64,000 bases of DNA from Saxibacter everestensis (lineage in GTDB: Bacteria; Actinomycetota; Actinomycetes; Actinomycetales; Brevibacteriaceae), in NCBI RefSeq assembly GCF_025787225.1, contig NZ_CP090958.1, positions 1,968,550 to 2,032,549 on the forward strand, read 5' to 3'. The translations under genes were made by a program, and so were the position numbers. Under the pieces are notes generated by a model. It ran no database searches. It was not told the DNA's origin and saw nothing but the letters and a program-made list of their open reading frames with translations. This document shows, in pieces, positions 60,971-64,000 of this stretch (the stretch's first letter is position 1; each line of letters opens with the position of its first letter).

Positions 60971-61693
60971 CTACCCTAGCGTCGGCTGTGCTTCCGCGTC
61001 GAGGGGGCCAAGTTCGGCGCGCAGTTTCTGCGCCGCGTCGGTCGGATTGCTGGCATCCGTTATCGCACGGACCACAACGACACGCTGTGCGCCGGCATCG
61101 CGTACCTGGCCAATCGTCGAGTGATCGATGCCGCCGATGGCGAACCACGGCCGGCTTGACTGCCGCCTGGCGGATTCTTCATGGGCGAAGCGGACGAGTT
61201 CGAGGCCGACGGCGGCGCGGCCGGGCTTTGTGGGTGTCGACCAGACCGGGCCGGTGCAGAAGTAGTCCAAGCCCGGCTGGTCGACCGCGGCGGCAGTTTC
61301 TTCCGGCCGGTGAGTCGACAGCCCGAGGATGGCGTCGTCGCCGAGCAGGCTGCGTGCCGCAGGGACCGGCAGATCGTCCTGGCCCAGGTGGAGCACGGGT
61401 GCGCCCGAGAGCCGGGCGATATCGGCGCGGTCATTCACGGCGTGCAGTGCGCCATGACGAGCCGCTGCCGCCGCGAAGAGCTCGAGCAGTTCAAGCTCCT
61501 CCCGGGCCTCGATCGACTTGTCCCGAAGCTGCACGATGTCCACTCCCCCGGCCAGTGCCGCGTCGAGGAACTGCTCAAGGTCGCCCTGATCCCGTCGGGA
61601 GTCCACACACAGGTAGAGCTGCGCCGTCGTCAGCCGGCGGGCACGTGACCCCACGGAATCGACAGACCGTGACTCGGGATTCTGATGCGTCAT
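60971..61693 (-). CDS. thiE: thiamine-phosphate synthase
   Basis: [12 protein letters not shown]...[10 protein letters not shown]...FAIGGI. Confidence 0.85.
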   Translation of the reverse strand: MTHQNPESRSVDSVGSRARRLTTAQLYLCVDSRRDQGDLEQFLDAALAGGVDIVQLRDKSIEAREELELLELFAAAAARHGALHAVNDRADIARLSGAPVLHLGQDDLPVPAARSLLGDDAILGLSTHRPEETAAAVDQPGLDYFCTGPVWSTPTKPGRAAVGLELVRFAHEESARRQSSRPWFAIGGIDHSTIGQVRDAGAQRVVVVRAITDASNPTDAAQKLRAELGPLDAEAQPTLG

Positions 61694-61799
61694 CTGGCTC
61701 TCCTGTTAGCGGGTTGGACCTCGCCTCGAAGCTATACCATCGCCTCTAGGTGCCTCCGCCGTGCTCCCTGAGTCCGGCGACAGGATAAACTTAAGAATT

Positions 61800-61880
61800 C
61801 CCACGGGAGCCCGAACGGGCTGAGAGGGCGTTGCGAACGCCGACCGTTGAACCTGCTCCGGGTAATTCCGGCGAAGGGAG
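61800..61880 (+). ncRNA. TPP (THI-box) riboswitch upstream of thiO-thiS-thiG
   Basis: GGGAGCCCGAACGGGCUGAGAGGG...ACCGUUGAACCUGCUCCGGGUAAUUCCGGCGAAGGGAG carries the conserved CUGAGA, ACCUG and GGGUAAU...GGCG.AGGGA elements. Confidence 0.7.
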
Positions 61881-61886
61881 GCCAGA

Positions 61887-63132
61887 TTGCAGAATTCAAG
61901 CGACGTCGTCGTAGTAGGTGCCGGCATCGTCGGGCTGTCGATCGCGTGGCGGGCTTCGCAATGCGGGCTGTCCGTCACCGTGATCGATCCGTCCCCTGCG
62001 GAGGGCGCATCGCGCGCAGCGGCCGGGATGCTTGCCGCAACAAGCGAGCTGACCTATCAGGAAACAGACCTGTTAGCGCTGAACCTGGCATCGATGCGGC
62101 GCTGGCCCGGGTTTGTGACCGATCTCGAGGAAGCAACCGGCCACCGGCTCGGCTACAGCACATCGCCAACGCTTGTGGTGGGGGCAGATGCTGCGGATCG
62201 AGCGACCTTGGCCGATCTCGCGGAGTTCCAGGCCAAACTTGGATTGAGTCCCAGCCGCCTGCCGATCAGCGAACTAAGGCAACGCGAACCGCTGATCGGG
62301 CCGGCCATCACCTCTGCCTGGCAGATCGACGCCGACCACCACGTCGATCCGCGTCGGGTGACGACCGCGCTGCGGGCGGCCCTGTGCCAGGCCGGCGCGC
62401 GTATCGTCACCGACCGGGTGCTTCGGGTCATCTGCTCATCCGACAGGTCATCCGTCCGTGCGGTCGCCACGGCAGCCGGTCAGACCGTCCATGCGGACAG
62501 GGTAGTGCTTGCCGCAGGCCTGGGCACCGGGAGAATCTCCGGTATCGGTGACGCGGTCTCCTTCCCGATTAGAGCCGTGCACGGAGAGATCCTGAGGCTG
62601 CGTGCTCCCGCATCCATGCCGGCGTTCCTCGCCGGAACGGTTCGGGCAAGCGTTCATTCCCGTCCGGTCTACCTGGTGCCTCGGGACAACGGCGAGATCG
62701 TGATCGGAGCGACCTCCCGTGAGGATGAGAACGAGGGCGTCGCTGCAGGCGGGGTCTATCAGCTGCTTCGTGACGCGCAGGTTGTCGCGCCTGCGGTCGG
62801 CGAGCTTGAGCTGACCGAGTCCCTGGCACGCGCCCGGCCGTCGACGCCGGACAATCGGCCACTGCTCGGAACGTCGGCAAACCTGCCGGAGGGACTCGTA
62901 GTGGCCGCCGGCTTCTTCAGGCACGGAATCCTGCTGACCCCGGTGGCGTCGGACCTCGTGGCGGCCGGATTGTGCGACGCACAGCTGACGGCCGAGCCCG
63001 GCCTAGACCCTTCGGCCGCCGAACCGCGGTCCCGGGACGCGGCTATCGACCTGACGCCTTTCGACCCCGGCCGCTTCGGCCACCCGTCCCTAGAGACCGA
63101 CCTAGAACCCGCAACTATGCCAGGAGCGCAGC

Positions 63133-63155
<23 letters not shown>
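61887..63155 (+). CDS. thiO: glycine oxidase (FAD-dependent)
   Basis: VVVVGAGIVGLSIAW Rossmann motif. Apparent TTG start with AAGGGAGG RBS. 23-nt overlap with thiS. Confidence 0.8.

Positions 63156-64000
<845 letters not shown>

Noticed and set aside
61694-61799. Second TPP riboswitch for thiE
   Set aside because: The minus-strand leader lacks CUGAGA / ACCUG / GGGUAAU consensus elements when read by eye.

Overview
High-GC actinobacterial chromosome segment, densely coding on both strands. The conserved core in the second half matches the mycobacterial/corynebacterial gene order: thiG<thiS<thiO | thiE-tenA-thiD-rpiB, fur-dps, a thrC-like gene plus a cysO-like MoaD, tRNA-Gly, tRNA-Pro, tig-clpP1-clpP2-clpX, valS, ileS with a T-box leader, folC-DUF4233-ndk, rne, rplU-rpmA-obgE-proB-proA-nadD-rsfS-gpgP. 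The first ~22 kb looks accessory. It holds a seven-gene minus-strand operon (ArgH-family lyase, polar-amino-acid ABC importer, quinone oxidoreductase, two NodB-type deacetylases) read divergently from a GntR regulator. It also holds a decarboxylase pseudogene remnant, an MFS/LacI divergent pair with a palindromic operator, YciI/GNAT/DUF1761/DUF6157-like/AraC genes, and a 1.6-kb islet bounded by an intact tRNA-Ala and a 53-nt direct copy of its 3' end. The islet carries an XRE-HTH gene plus a small nucleotidyltransferase-like gene. Non-coding elements recognised: TPP riboswitch, T-box, long rne 5' UTR, several tandem repeats, and a 29-bp perfect inverted repeat between AIM24 and clpX. No CRISPR array, integrase or transposase was seen. 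All calls rest on reading the supplied ORF translations and raw sequence by eye; no database search was run.
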